From contig JBBIML010000010.1 of the NCBI GenBank assembly GCA_037444405.1, positions 64,001-128,000 on the forward strand: DNA of 64,000 bases, in the 5' to 3' direction. This DNA is from Armatimonadota bacterium. Its GTDB lineage: Bacteria > Armatimonadota > Fimbriimonadia > Fimbriimonadales > GBS-DC. The notes under the pieces are model-generated. The model had not been told where the DNA came from and searched no databases. It worked only from the letters and a program-made list of their open reading frames with translations. Within the stretch, counting starts at the first letter, position 1, and every line of letters starts with the position of its first letter. Below are positions 1 to 9,038 of the stretch, piece by piece. Position numbers and translations under genes: made by a program.

Positions 1-84
1 CCGCATGCCGGGCTTATAATCCTTCGGGATGCGCCAGCGGTACTCGTCAATCTGAATCAGTGGACCCTTCCAGACCTCACTCAT
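1..84 (-). CDS. rtcB: RtcB family RNA ligase, 5' end only (runs off the window)
   Basis: Hand translation MSEVWKGPLIQIDEYRWRIPKDYKPGMR resembles RtcB N-termini; AGGAGGT RBS and TATAAT upstream; not in the ORF track. Confidence 0.75.
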   Translation of the reverse strand, partial: MSEVWKGPLIQIDEYRWRIPKDYKPGMR

Positions 85-239
85 GCTGGTGCCACCTCCT
101 GCAGGAGGAGATTATACCCGCTCGCGGGCGTCGCCCACCGCGCCCCTGCCGTTAGGCGTCCGACAAGAAACGGGGGTATACTTACTCCGAGACTGTTTTT
201 ATCAGCATCCCGATTCTTCCCGTGAGGGAGGCTGATGGA

Positions 240-935
240 ATGGTGGAATGGATGCCGAACGTGGGCAAGGAGCTGATCTGCATCGTCGCGGGGCGGCGAT
301 GGGCGCGCTATCCCGTGCGAACCCATGTTGTTCAGCAGGGTGAAGACCTGCTGACGCTGGTTCAGCAGTACGTGGCGGCTCATCTGCAAGCAGGCGATAT
401 AGTGGCGATTACCGAGAAGGTGGTGGCTATCAGTCAGGGGCGGGCGTTCCCAGTGGAGACGATCCAGCCGCGCCCGCTGGCACGCTGGCTCAGCCGCTAT
501 GTGACGCGAACCCCGCACGGCATCGGCATCGGCAGCCCCGTGACGATGGAGCTGGCGCTGCGCGAGGCGGGCACCGCCCGCATCCTGCTGGCAGCAACGG
601 TGGCAGCCATAACCCGACCGCTGGGCATTCGCGGACTGTTCTATCGCATCGCAGGACGCGCTATCGCCGCCATCGACGGACCCACCCCCTACACCCTGCC
701 GCCCTACAATCGCTACGCGGTGCTGGCGCCGAAAGACCCCGACCGGGTGGCGCAGAATCTCGCCGATGCCCTGCAGGTGGCGATGGCGATTGTCGACGCG
801 AACGATCTGGGCGTGACGGTGCTGGGCGCCAGCAGGGGTGTGGATCGCTCGCTGGTGCGCGCCCTCTTCCACGACAACCCGCTCGGGCAGGGCAGCCAGC
901 AGACCCCACTGTGCATTCTGCGCCCGCTGGATTAG
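240..935 (+). CDS. F420-0:gamma-glutamyl ligase (CofE)-like family protein
   Basis: GDIVAITEKVVAISQGR, AAIDG and AIVDANDLG motifs; GGGAGG RBS 8 nt before ATG 240. Confidence 0.7.
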   Translation: MVEWMPNVGKELICIVAGRRWARYPVRTHVVQQGEDLLTLVQQYVAAHLQAGDIVAITEKVVAISQGRAFPVETIQPRPLARWLSRYVTRTPHGIGIGSPVTMELALREAGTARILLAATVAAITRPLGIRGLFYRIAGRAIAAIDGPTPYTLPPYNRYAVLAPKDPDRVAQNLADALQVAMAIVDANDLGVTVLGASRGVDRSLVRALFHDNPLGQGSQQTPLCILRPLD

Positions 936-951
936 CCCGAATCGGGCAAAA

Positions 952-969
952 TAGGACTAAAGTCCCTAC
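952..969 (-). repeat. GTAG-type REP-like palindrome
   Basis: GTAG-GGACT-TT-AGTCC on the minus strand, intergenic. Confidence 0.5.
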
Positions 970-1016
970 CGCTGACCGCCTCTCAGGGAGTAATATCCAC
1001 TTGGGAGAGTCTGTTC

Positions 1017-1829
1017 GTGGATGCCGTGTTGATTGCAGGCGGTCTGGCACCTGCGGAGCTGGCGCAGGTGGCAGGGCACTCGCGCAAGGGGCTTTTCGAT
1101 TTCAACGGTCAGCCCCTTGCTCAGCGTGTGGTGCAGGTGCTTCAGGCGAGCGGAGTGGGGCGCATCGCAATCGTGGGGTCGGAACTGCTGATAGCGCATC
1201 TGAGCGCCGACCCCGACCGCCTGCTGTTCGTCTCGGAGGGCAGGGAGCCGATTGAGAACCTGCTGCGCGGGGTGGAGCGGCTCGGTCTGCACAAGAGCGA
1301 CCGATTCCTGCACTGCGCGGTCGATCTGCCGATGTTGAACGCGCACGCTGTTTGCGACTGGCTGCAGGCGATACCGTCCGAGAGCGATCTGGCGGTCGCA
1401 TTCGTTCCCGATAGTGTGTTTGCGCGTGCCTTTCCGGGCGCGCCCTATCAGGCGGTGCGCTTTCGCGAAGGGGCGTTCCTCACGGCGAGCATGAGCGTGA
1501 TGCGCGTGGGCTTTCTGGAGGCGTATCAGCCTCGCCTGCAGGCGCTGGCGCGCGCCCGCAAGAGCCTGCCGCGCTTCGCCTTCCAGCTGGGCGCGTGGCT
1601 CGGCGTTCGCCTGCTGACGGTAGGCGTGCCTGCCCTGCTCAAATTCGTGCGCGGTCGGCTCGCCCTGCAGGAGCTGCCTGCACTGGCGCAGCGCCACTTC
1701 AACCTCCGCCTGCACATCTATCCGCACGCCATGCCCGAGCTGGCGTTCGACATCGACACAGTGGACGACTACCGCTACGCGCAGGCATGGCTGCACCGCC
1801 ACCAGCCCCACGACTGGGAAGGTGGCTGA
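1017..1829 (+). CDS. MobA-like NTP transferase / nucleotidyltransferase family protein
   Basis: DAVLIAGG...KGL N-terminal motif, DLP, C-terminal FDIDTVDD. Confidence 0.75.
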   Translation: MDAVLIAGGLAPAELAQVAGHSRKGLFDFNGQPLAQRVVQVLQASGVGRIAIVGSELLIAHLSADPDRLLFVSEGREPIENLLRGVERLGLHKSDRFLHCAVDLPMLNAHAVCDWLQAIPSESDLAVAFVPDSVFARAFPGAPYQAVRFREGAFLTASMSVMRVGFLEAYQPRLQALARARKSLPRFAFQLGAWLGVRLLTVGVPALLKFVRGRLALQELPALAQRHFNLRLHIYPHAMPELAFDIDTVDDYRYAQAWLHRHQPHDWEGG

Positions 1830-2018
1830 AAGAATAATATTCCGACGATCGCCCCCGCAACCTGCACACCTCCATGCTCGCTACTTCAAGTAAAAACAAA
1901 CCAGACATCCCAGAAAGCCAGCAACTTTCTACCTCAAAACGGAGCCAATCCCGAAATGCAGCGGCATCACACGCGTAAGACGGTCAAAAAACTCAAACTT
2001 TAGCCTCTGCAGGCGTCC

Positions 2019-3104
2019 TCAGAGATCTGCCTTGCCTCGCCAAAACTGGTACAAAGGTCGCTCGTATGGATTTTCTCCCTGCTGGATACCAATCAGAAAA
2101 ACAGCTTTCCCCGATTGCTGGATATAGCTGTAACTTCTACCTGTCGGCACTTCCACTGCAAGCAACTCGCTGTGAAAGTTCTCCTCATCTCTCCGTTCCC
2201 AAACCGAAAGAAGCACCCAGCGCCCATCCTCCGTCACATCCAGCGCAAGCATCCTCACCCAGCGGTGTTGCCCGCGCCCCATCACCACACGCGAACGCCC
2301 ATCCCGCCACTCTACCGACACTTGCTGACGCCCCGGACGCTCTTCACGATACGAATCCGCAGCAAACGGCTCCACCCGCACCCGAACCTGTTGACGGGGA
2401 GAGTAGCGGAAGGCACAGTTCTTATCCATGCGCACAGGACCCCATCGGTAGCGTGGATCCAACAAAGCCCAATCGTGGTACACCTCATCCAGCTGACGCC
2501 CCCGCAACACCCAGCGGCGCCCACTGACCACATCCTGCTTGTAAGCCCGCCCCCGATGATAATCGCGACATAATTCCAAAAAGTCTTCCTGATACCAGAT
2601 ATGCCGACTGTCTGGATACCACCCAAACCGATATGCGGCATTTGGATCCTCGGTGTCGCGCGGATACTCTGGCGTCGCTAAACGACGCACACGGCGCGTG
2701 GCACAGTCTACCACCATCATCTGCTCTTCCCCGGCGCCCCCGTATCCGCACAAAAAACGACTATCGGGCGAGAACTTGCAGCGGTATAGACCTTTCAGCA
2801 CAATCGGTTTGAAACTCGCGTCGCCCACTTTGCCGCAATAGGTGAAAGATAACCCCTCATAGTGGTAATACTTACCATCAGGCGATGGGTCCGCAAGGCG
2901 AGGCTGGTTCTCTATCGAATCGAGAAAAAGGGGGATGCTTTGCTGAGGTTCCTCAACGACTTCCCCCTCGCGATAGTGTAAGATTTTACGATGGAGACTA
3001 ATCCAGTAATGCCCTTTAGGTGCGGGTTGGTCGGGATCTATATCCAAAGTGGTATAAACAACGGGCAGTGGTGTTAGCTCATCTTGCCTCTTCTGCCAGA
3101 ACAT
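2019..3104 (-). CDS. hypothetical beta-propeller-like (WD40/TolB-like) protein, paralog of 3124-4116
   Basis: SPDG/FSPDS/WYPDS/VTEDGRW blade-like motifs; GAGGAGGT RBS before ATG 3104. Confidence 0.65.
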   Translation of the reverse strand: MFWQKRQDELTPLPVVYTTLDIDPDQPAPKGHYWISLHRKILHYREGEVVEEPQQSIPLFLDSIENQPRLADPSPDGKYYHYEGLSFTYCGKVGDASFKPIVLKGLYRCKFSPDSRFLCGYGGAGEEQMMVVDCATRRVRRLATPEYPRDTEDPNAAYRFGWYPDSRHIWYQEDFLELCRDYHRGRAYKQDVVSGRRWVLRGRQLDEVYHDWALLDPRYRWGPVRMDKNCAFRYSPRQQVRVRVEPFAADSYREERPGRQQVSVEWRDGRSRVVMGRGQHRWVRMLALDVTEDGRWVLLSVWERRDEENFHSELLAVEVPTGRSYSYIQQSGKAVFLIGIQQGENPYERPLYQFWRGKADL

Positions 3105-3123
3105 CGTCTGATACCTCCTCGTA

Positions 3124-4116
3124 CTATGAAGAATAAACAAAATAACATAAATCAACCAAAAACAATTTATAATAATAACTTTGTAAAATATTAAATTTAT
3201 TTAATTTTTGAAAATTTTCTATTTGAAAAATAACATCTATTTGGCTTTTCCTGATATCAACTACTGAAAGATAGAGAATTTTTGTACTATCTCTTGGAAT
3301 ACCAACTAATAAAGCCCACTGTCCATCATCGGTTATGTCTAACCCGTGAACATATTTCCAGCGATGCTGACCAGGGCGCAATATCACATGTTTTTTTCCA
3401 TCATGTGTTTCACACTTTACATAAGGATAGGTTTTTATGGTCGTCTTTAGTCCATTACCGATGGTTTCTGTTTTAGACCCCTCTATGCGAAGGCGGATCT
3501 GATGATGGCGTGAGTAGGCGTAGTATGGATATCCATGCCGAAAACGCTGGTCTGTTAGCGCCCAATCTCCACTCAGCTGCTTAACTTCGTTGACATTCAG
3601 TACACGACGCTTCCCTGTAGTAACATCTTGTCGGTAATAGACAAGGCGAGGTTTTGCTGCACGGCTTGCTGGAAACTCCAGCTCATACCAGATGTGACGG
3701 CTGTCAGGATACCAACCAAACTTTTTAATCTCACCCTTTCCATAACTTAGTTCGCGAACCTCCTCTCGTCTGAGAACATCGAAAAGGCTCAAGTTATGAT
3801 AATACGCAAACCCCCCGATCGAGTTGCCCAGCAGATACCGGCTATCTGGAGAAAATAGGCTAAGATAAAGAGCGTTTGATAAAAGGTTGAACTTCTCTCC
3901 CACCTGTAAGTTTGCTAACAGAGTAGCTACCGTTATGCAGTAAATCCACTGCCGGTCGGGAGAAGTCCGCGCCTCCCGATGGTAATCAAATGTCACAGGA
4001 AAGAGTGACTTCGCCTGCCACTTGCCCGATTCGTACCTTGCGATGGTTAGATAGTTGTTCTCAGTGCAAACCAACTCTATGGGCGGTGGAGTGTTCCTGT
4101 TGATAAAGAAGCTCAT
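3124..4116 (-). CDS. hypothetical beta-propeller-like protein, paralog of 2019-3104
   Basis: Long AT-rich ORF with GAGGGG RBS; shares FGWYPDSRHIWY and GQHRW...LD(V/I)T(E/D)DG.W with its neighbour. Confidence 0.65.
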   Translation of the reverse strand: MSFFINRNTPPPIELVCTENNYLTIARYESGKWQAKSLFPVTFDYHREARTSPDRQWIYCITVATLLANLQVGEKFNLLSNALYLSLFSPDSRYLLGNSIGGFAYYHNLSLFDVLRREEVRELSYGKGEIKKFGWYPDSRHIWYELEFPASRAAKPRLVYYRQDVTTGKRRVLNVNEVKQLSGDWALTDQRFRHGYPYYAYSRHHQIRLRIEGSKTETIGNGLKTTIKTYPYVKCETHDGKKHVILRPGQHRWKYVHGLDITDDGQWALLVGIPRDSTKILYLSVVDIRKSQIDVIFQIENFQKLNKFNILQSYYYKLFLVDLCYFVYSS

Positions 4117-4129
4117 TCTTTCCCCTCCC

Positions 4130-5204
4130 TCACCTCAGATCGATAGAAATATATTCTCTAAGATTGTCACCCGCTACCGGCCAGGTTTGACGCTTACCCT
4201 TCCCAAAGAGAGAAACAAGATAAGGCTGCCACCGATAATAACCTACTTGCCCACGATTCGGATGATGGAGCATCAGCCCTCCCTCTACATCCCAGTTTGC
4301 TCCGCGTATCCCAAAATAAACACAGGGGGTGTCTTCCGTTGGCTGGCCGCCTACATTGAATGTATCGTTAATCCGAGCCAGTGGAGCACCTGTGCGTGGG
4401 TGTAAAAGTGGAGGCAAATAAAACCAACCATGTCCTCCTATAAACCCATCTTGATTGGTGCGAACGCGACGATACGGACCTGTCTGATCTTCACCTTGCA
4501 AAGTAAGACTTTCGTTTGTCGAGGTACGCGGCACTACTACTCCTCCACCATAGTCGATTTGGCTGATCAATAACCTATACACGCCAGGCGCCGCAGTTGG
4601 AGGCAACGGGTTACCAAGCTCGTCCTCCTCATAATATAACCCATCAGGCCCTAAAACACTTAACTCACCAGATGGAATATATCCTATCACACTTCGAACA
4701 CTACTTAGAATGAAATTCGTGTCCTGCGTGTCCCACGGGATCGCCCCCACATGCGGCACTGCGCTATCTTCCTCCAAAGGCGGACCCCACACCCCATTCC
4801 ACTCCGCCTCCACCACAAAATAGTACTCCTGCTCACTCACCAAGCCCGACACCGTGTATTGCCGTGCCAAACCCGACAACACCTCACTCGCGCCGGGATA
4901 ACTCCCGCTCACCGTTCCCCAGCGCACCCGATAACCCGTCGCACCCGGTACCGGATCCCAATAAACCGTCACCTTGTTCGCCCCCGTCGGCACCGCAAAG
5001 ATCCACGGCACCTCCGTCACGATTTTACCCTCTGTCCGCAGCCAGCGTGTGCCGCTCTCTTCCCGCGCCCGCACCGTGTAAAACCCCCGCAGGCAGGTTG
5101 GTCAGCTGCACCTCCTGCTCGGTCAGCCCTTTCTGCAGGCAGATGCGTTTAGCGCGTTCAAATAGCTGTTCTAATATTTCCAGCGTCTCTGCTGAGATGT
5201 CCAT
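4130..5204 (-). pseudogene. frameshifted/chimeric fibronectin type III domain protein with variable (possibly YrpD-like) C-terminal region
   Basis: FN3 pattern VTVYWDPVPGATGYRVRW...YTVSGL...EYYFVVEA in ORF 4130-5074; ATG 5204 with RBS opens a 59-aa frame that joins it if one base is removed from G5T4 at 5080-5088. Confidence 0.55.
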
Positions 5205-5291
5205 AGCCCTCTTTCGGGCGATGCGAGCAATAGGGGAATACGCGCACGGCGCCGAGAATCCTGCTGTTGTTGGGTATTATTCAGCGGGTCG

Positions 5292-5765
5292 ATGGCGGAA
5301 GTGGAGCGGTTGATCGCGGGCGTGCAGATTAAGCGGCTGACACCGCACGCCGATGAGCGCGGCTTCCTGATGGAGATGCTGCGCGCGGACGATCCCATCT
5401 TCCAGAAGTTCGGGCAAGCCTATGTGTCGCTGAACTACCCCGGCGTGATCCGCGCCTGGCACTGGCACGAGAAACAGACCGACTACTGGGTGGTGGTGAA
5501 AGGCATGATCAAGGCGGTGCTGTATGACCGTCGCCCCGAATCGCCCACTTATGGGCTGATCAACGAATTCTTTATGGGGGAGCAGAACCCGATTTTGCTG
5601 GTCATTCCGCCGCTGGTGGCGCACGGTTATAAGACCATCGGCGTGGAGCCGTCGCTGCTGATTAACTTTCCGACGGAGCCGTATAATCGGGATCGTCCTG
5701 ACGAGTTCCGCCTGCCCTACGACACCCCTGAAATCCCTTACGATTGGTCCATCCGAATGGGCTAA
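5292..5765 (+). CDS. dTDP-4-dehydrorhamnose 3,5-epimerase (RmlC/RfbC) family cupin
   Basis: DERGFLME, PGVIRAWHWH, LYDRRPESPTYG, IPPLVAHGY. Confidence 0.85.
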   Translation: MAEVERLIAGVQIKRLTPHADERGFLMEMLRADDPIFQKFGQAYVSLNYPGVIRAWHWHEKQTDYWVVVKGMIKAVLYDRRPESPTYGLINEFFMGEQNPILLVIPPLVAHGYKTIGVEPSLLINFPTEPYNRDRPDEFRLPYDTPEIPYDWSIRMG

Positions 5766-5816
5766 GTAGCACGCTGTATCATTCCTGCGCGTTTAGAGCA
5801 TCTTGCAGAAGCTCTT

Positions 5817-6839
5817 TCAACCCCTCTGTGTTGACGAAGAAGTTTTGGGGATTCTGCACTGGTGGGGAAGGTGTGCCTGGGCTACGGTGTACACACCGTT
5901 GCGCTTGTGCTGCAGCAAGCAGAGTGTGACTGTTATGCCGTTGATTGTTATCTGATTTTCCGGCTGAACTTCAGCCGTAAGACCATCCTTCTGGAACATC
6001 TGAGCCACTATTTCTGCTTCTCTTTTAGACTGGGTACCGTCATGTTGAAAAATGAGATTTACAGTGCGTTCCTTTATCGCATTGTATTTATGGGGATTGC
6101 CCTCTGCTTCAACCTCTGCCATAACCCTGAGGCGAGGCTTGATGGAAGCACCCTCGATTCGGCGCACTTTTGCAATTTGGTCGCGACTCAAAGACGATAA
6201 CTTATCCAAAATCTGTTGAACATTGTACGAATTCGCACTTAGACCAGCCTCTTGCATGACTTGCTTCCACAGTTCTCGCAAGAGTTCCTGGTTCGTAATC
6301 GTGCAGAAAAACGAGCCTTCTACAATTGAGAGGCGCACGGAATGCGGTTCTCGTCTCTTTGTGCGTATTATGTAGAAGCAATCACGCTCATCGGGGCAGG
6401 GCTTGCCAACCTGCCGCTGGTACCACCTCACCGAAGATTGTACATGTTGGGGAAGCTCACTGAGCTCTTTGCGTTTCTCTGGGAGAGTCGAGTTGAAGGA
6501 TGCTATCGCTTCGCCTTCGCTGTCTTTCAACTCAATCAAGGCACCATCGCCTAACAGATCCACGCCTTGGCATTCCAGCACAAAGTCGGGGAAGCTGCCA
6601 GAGTCTTTCGCCCAATCCTTGCCGTACCACTCCTGAAGAGTCTGGCTCTCATTTTTGTGTATCAAGTGCTGGAGAGCTTTTGCCCGTGCGCTCACATGAC
6701 TTTGGAGCGTTTTTCGGGCGCCATAGTACGCATAATCTCCATAGCTGGCAGCAATCACTTCCAGCTTTTCAGTGTGCAAGAGTTGCGGATTTGTGTTGAG
6801 ATACTTGAGTATGTCAAAGTAAAGCCTGAAGATTGCCAT
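5817..6839 (-). CDS. putative type II restriction endonuclease (PD-(D/E)xK)
   Basis: FPDFVL...IELKDS...FNSTLP motif, low GC, directly downstream of a DNA MTase. Confidence 0.6.
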   Translation of the reverse strand: MAIFRLYFDILKYLNTNPQLLHTEKLEVIAASYGDYAYYGARKTLQSHVSARAKALQHLIHKNESQTLQEWYGKDWAKDSGSFPDFVLECQGVDLLGDGALIELKDSEGEAIASFNSTLPEKRKELSELPQHVQSSVRWYQRQVGKPCPDERDCFYIIRTKRREPHSVRLSIVEGSFFCTITNQELLRELWKQVMQEAGLSANSYNVQQILDKLSSLSRDQIAKVRRIEGASIKPRLRVMAEVEAEGNPHKYNAIKERTVNLIFQHDGTQSKREAEIVAQMFQKDGLTAEVQPENQITINGITVTLCLLQHKRNGVYTVAQAHLPHQCRIPKTSSSTQRG

Positions 6840-6843
6840 CGGA

Positions 6844-7722
6844 CTATCGCTCCCTGAACAAGGTCATCTGGGTATCACGCCGCCAGGCTTGGCTTACCTC
6901 AAGGCTCCAGATGGTGTCCAGCTCTGGGGTGAAACGGTAGTAATGGCGCCACGGAAGCACGGAGTCTGCTTCTCGCCGTGCCTCCAGCCTCTCGCGAATC
7001 AATTGGACATAGGCAGGGTCAATCTCTATCGCAACGCAGTGGCGCCCTAATTGCTCTGCCACAACGGCTGTTGTCCCGGTGCCTGCAAAAGGGTCTAACA
7101 CCCAGTCGCCCGGCTTGGTAGAAGAGAGCAGAATCCGCAACAACAGGGCGACGGGCGACTGCTGCTTATGGAGGCGCCCTCCACAGGAGTCCCGCAGGGC
7201 TTCATCGCCCGCAAAATAGCCTGAGGTCAGCTCGCGAATGTCGCTCCAGCAATCGGTCACGAATACCCCATTTTCACGGGGATACTTGTGATAAGGTTCC
7301 GGGGGCAGGTCTATCCGCAGGCGATGAAAGACACGGGGACGACGCCCTTTCGTCGCGAAGGCAATAATCTGATACTGCTTTCCGAAACGACAGGTCCCTG
7401 GCACTGCAGAGGTTTTCTTGAGCCAGATAATCAGGTTCTGGAGTGTCCATCCTGTCTCGCGCAGAGTGCGTAGCACAAACTCCGCATTCTTCTCACGCTG
7501 CATGAAGTAGAGGGCGCCGCCGTCTTCCGTGCACTCGTACACTTTGCGGCATACCTGTTCTAGCCATTCCCAGTAGAGAGGCTCTGGCTGGTCGTCGTCA
7601 CAGTAAGCGTAGTCTTTGCCCTGATTGAATGGCGGGTCCAGGAAGGTCAGGGCTATTGGGATGCCCTGATCGCGTACTGTGTCCAAGGCCTGTAAGCAGT
7701 CGCCCTGAATCAGTTGAACCAT
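6844..7722 (-). CDS. site-specific DNA methyltransferase, beta class (N6-A/N4-C)
   Basis: DPPF catalytic motif before VLDPFAGTGTT SAM-binding motif. Confidence 0.9.
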   Translation of the reverse strand: MVQLIQGDCLQALDTVRDQGIPIALTFLDPPFNQGKDYAYCDDDQPEPLYWEWLEQVCRKVYECTEDGGALYFMQREKNAEFVLRTLRETGWTLQNLIIWLKKTSAVPGTCRFGKQYQIIAFATKGRRPRVFHRLRIDLPPEPYHKYPRENGVFVTDCWSDIRELTSGYFAGDEALRDSCGGRLHKQQSPVALLLRILLSSTKPGDWVLDPFAGTGTTAVVAEQLGRHCVAIEIDPAYVQLIRERLEARREADSVLPWRHYYRFTPELDTIWSLEVSQAWRRDTQMTLFRER

Positions 7723-8114
7723 TGCTGGAGCGCCTCTCCCATACGGCTCAGTAATTGTACCCCCTCGCCTAAGGTCATTGGCATCAATTTAAGCCTTTCT
7801 GGGCTATCATCTTCGCATGATGAAACCGAACCGCTCCCTCGTGGAACAGATGGAAACTTGCCTGCACCAGCGCCCCGGCGCCGAAGTCTTGGCGGTATTT
7901 GGGGCGCGTTTAGAGTGTTGTCGTGTGTGTCGGCGTCGGAGGCGTCCTGCGACCTTTCAGTTGCTGCTTGGAGAAGGAGGCTTAATGGATCAACCCAGCG
8001 ATGGGTGTAAAGGTGGGGCAGCAGTTCGGGGAGGATATAGCGGCGGAACACCGTCTGCGGGGTCAGGTGTTCGCCCAGCGTGCGTCGTCTCCTGCGCTCT
8101 ACAGCTGTTGCCAT
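7710..8114 (-). pseudogene. internally deleted remnant of a second DNA methyltransferase
   Basis: LGEHLTP (motif X-like) and WVDP, where the expected FAGxG motif I is missing; only 134 aa. Confidence 0.45.
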
Positions 8115-8177
8115 CGATAGACAGTATACCTGAACCCGTTCCCCTTACACAAACTGCGCACACCGCCTGCAACTTTT

Positions 8178-9038
8178 TCAGCCACTCTCAGGAGCCTGAA
8201 GCTGGCTCCATAACTCCCGCACTGCCTGCTCCATCACTTCTACAGGGGCGGGTTGGGCGGTCCAGCGTTCGAAGGCGAGGGCGCCCTGATGTACCAGCAT
8301 GCCCAGCCCGTCGATGGTGCGCAAGCCCCGCCGTCGGGCGGAATTGAGCAGGCGCGTGTGCAGTGGGCGATAGACCAGATCGCACACCCACGCATCGGCA
8401 GGCAACGCCTCGATCGGCACAGGGGGCATCGTGTCGGCGTCTGGCTCCATCCCCAGCGCGGTGCAGTTCACTATCAGCTGCACAGTGGGCACAATCTTGA
8501 GCAGGGCGTCGCGCTGGAGGGGCAGCACTTCGCTCAGCCCGAACGCCTGTGCCAGCGCGTGGGCGCGTTCCAGCGTGCGGTTGGCAAGCGTGATTCGGCA
8601 GCCGACGCTTTGCAGCGCGTGGACAATCGCCCGCGCCGAGCCACCCGCGCCCAGCACCAGCGCGTGCAAACCTTCTGGCTCGCAACCCGCTGCCCGCAAC
8701 GCCCGCAGGAAGCCCTCCGCATCGGTGTTGTCGCCCACCAGCCGCCCCGAATCCCAGAAGAGGGTATTCACCGCGCCAATCGCCTGCGCAGAAGGCGTGA
8801 GCGCGTCCACCAGCGCGATCGCCGACTCCTTGTGCGGGATGGTGAGGTTCAGCCCGCGCAGCCCCAGCGCTCGCATTCCGCGCAGGGCATCCGCAAGCGA
8901 TTCGGGCGGCACCTCAAACGCCAGATAGACCCAGTTCAGGCGCAGGTGGCGAAACGCCGCGTTGTGCATCGCGGGCGAGAGCGAATGGCGCACAGGGTAG
9001 CCCAGCACGCCCACTACCTGCGTGTCGGCGTCTATCAT
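8178..9038 (-). CDS. aroE: shikimate dehydrogenase
   Basis: GYPVRHSLSPAMHN, NLTIPHKE, GAVNT, NTD, GAGGSARA, DGLGMLVHQG. Confidence 0.95.
   Translation of the reverse strand: MIDADTQVVGVLGYPVRHSLSPAMHNAAFRHLRLNWVYLAFEVPPESLADALRGMRALGLRGLNLTIPHKESAIALVDALTPSAQAIGAVNTLFWDSGRLVGDNTDAEGFLRALRAAGCEPEGLHALVLGAGGSARAIVHALQSVGCRITLANRTLERAHALAQAFGLSEVLPLQRDALLKIVPTVQLIVNCTALGMEPDADTMPPVPIEALPADAWVCDLVYRPLHTRLLNSARRRGLRTIDGLGMLVHQGALAFERWTAQPAPVEVMEQAVRELWSQLQAPESG

Noticed and set aside
1830..2018. Possible remnant of a third propeller paralog (…SGLFLLEVASMEV…)
   Set aside because: Short, interrupted by stops, and shares no diagnostic motif; cannot be supported
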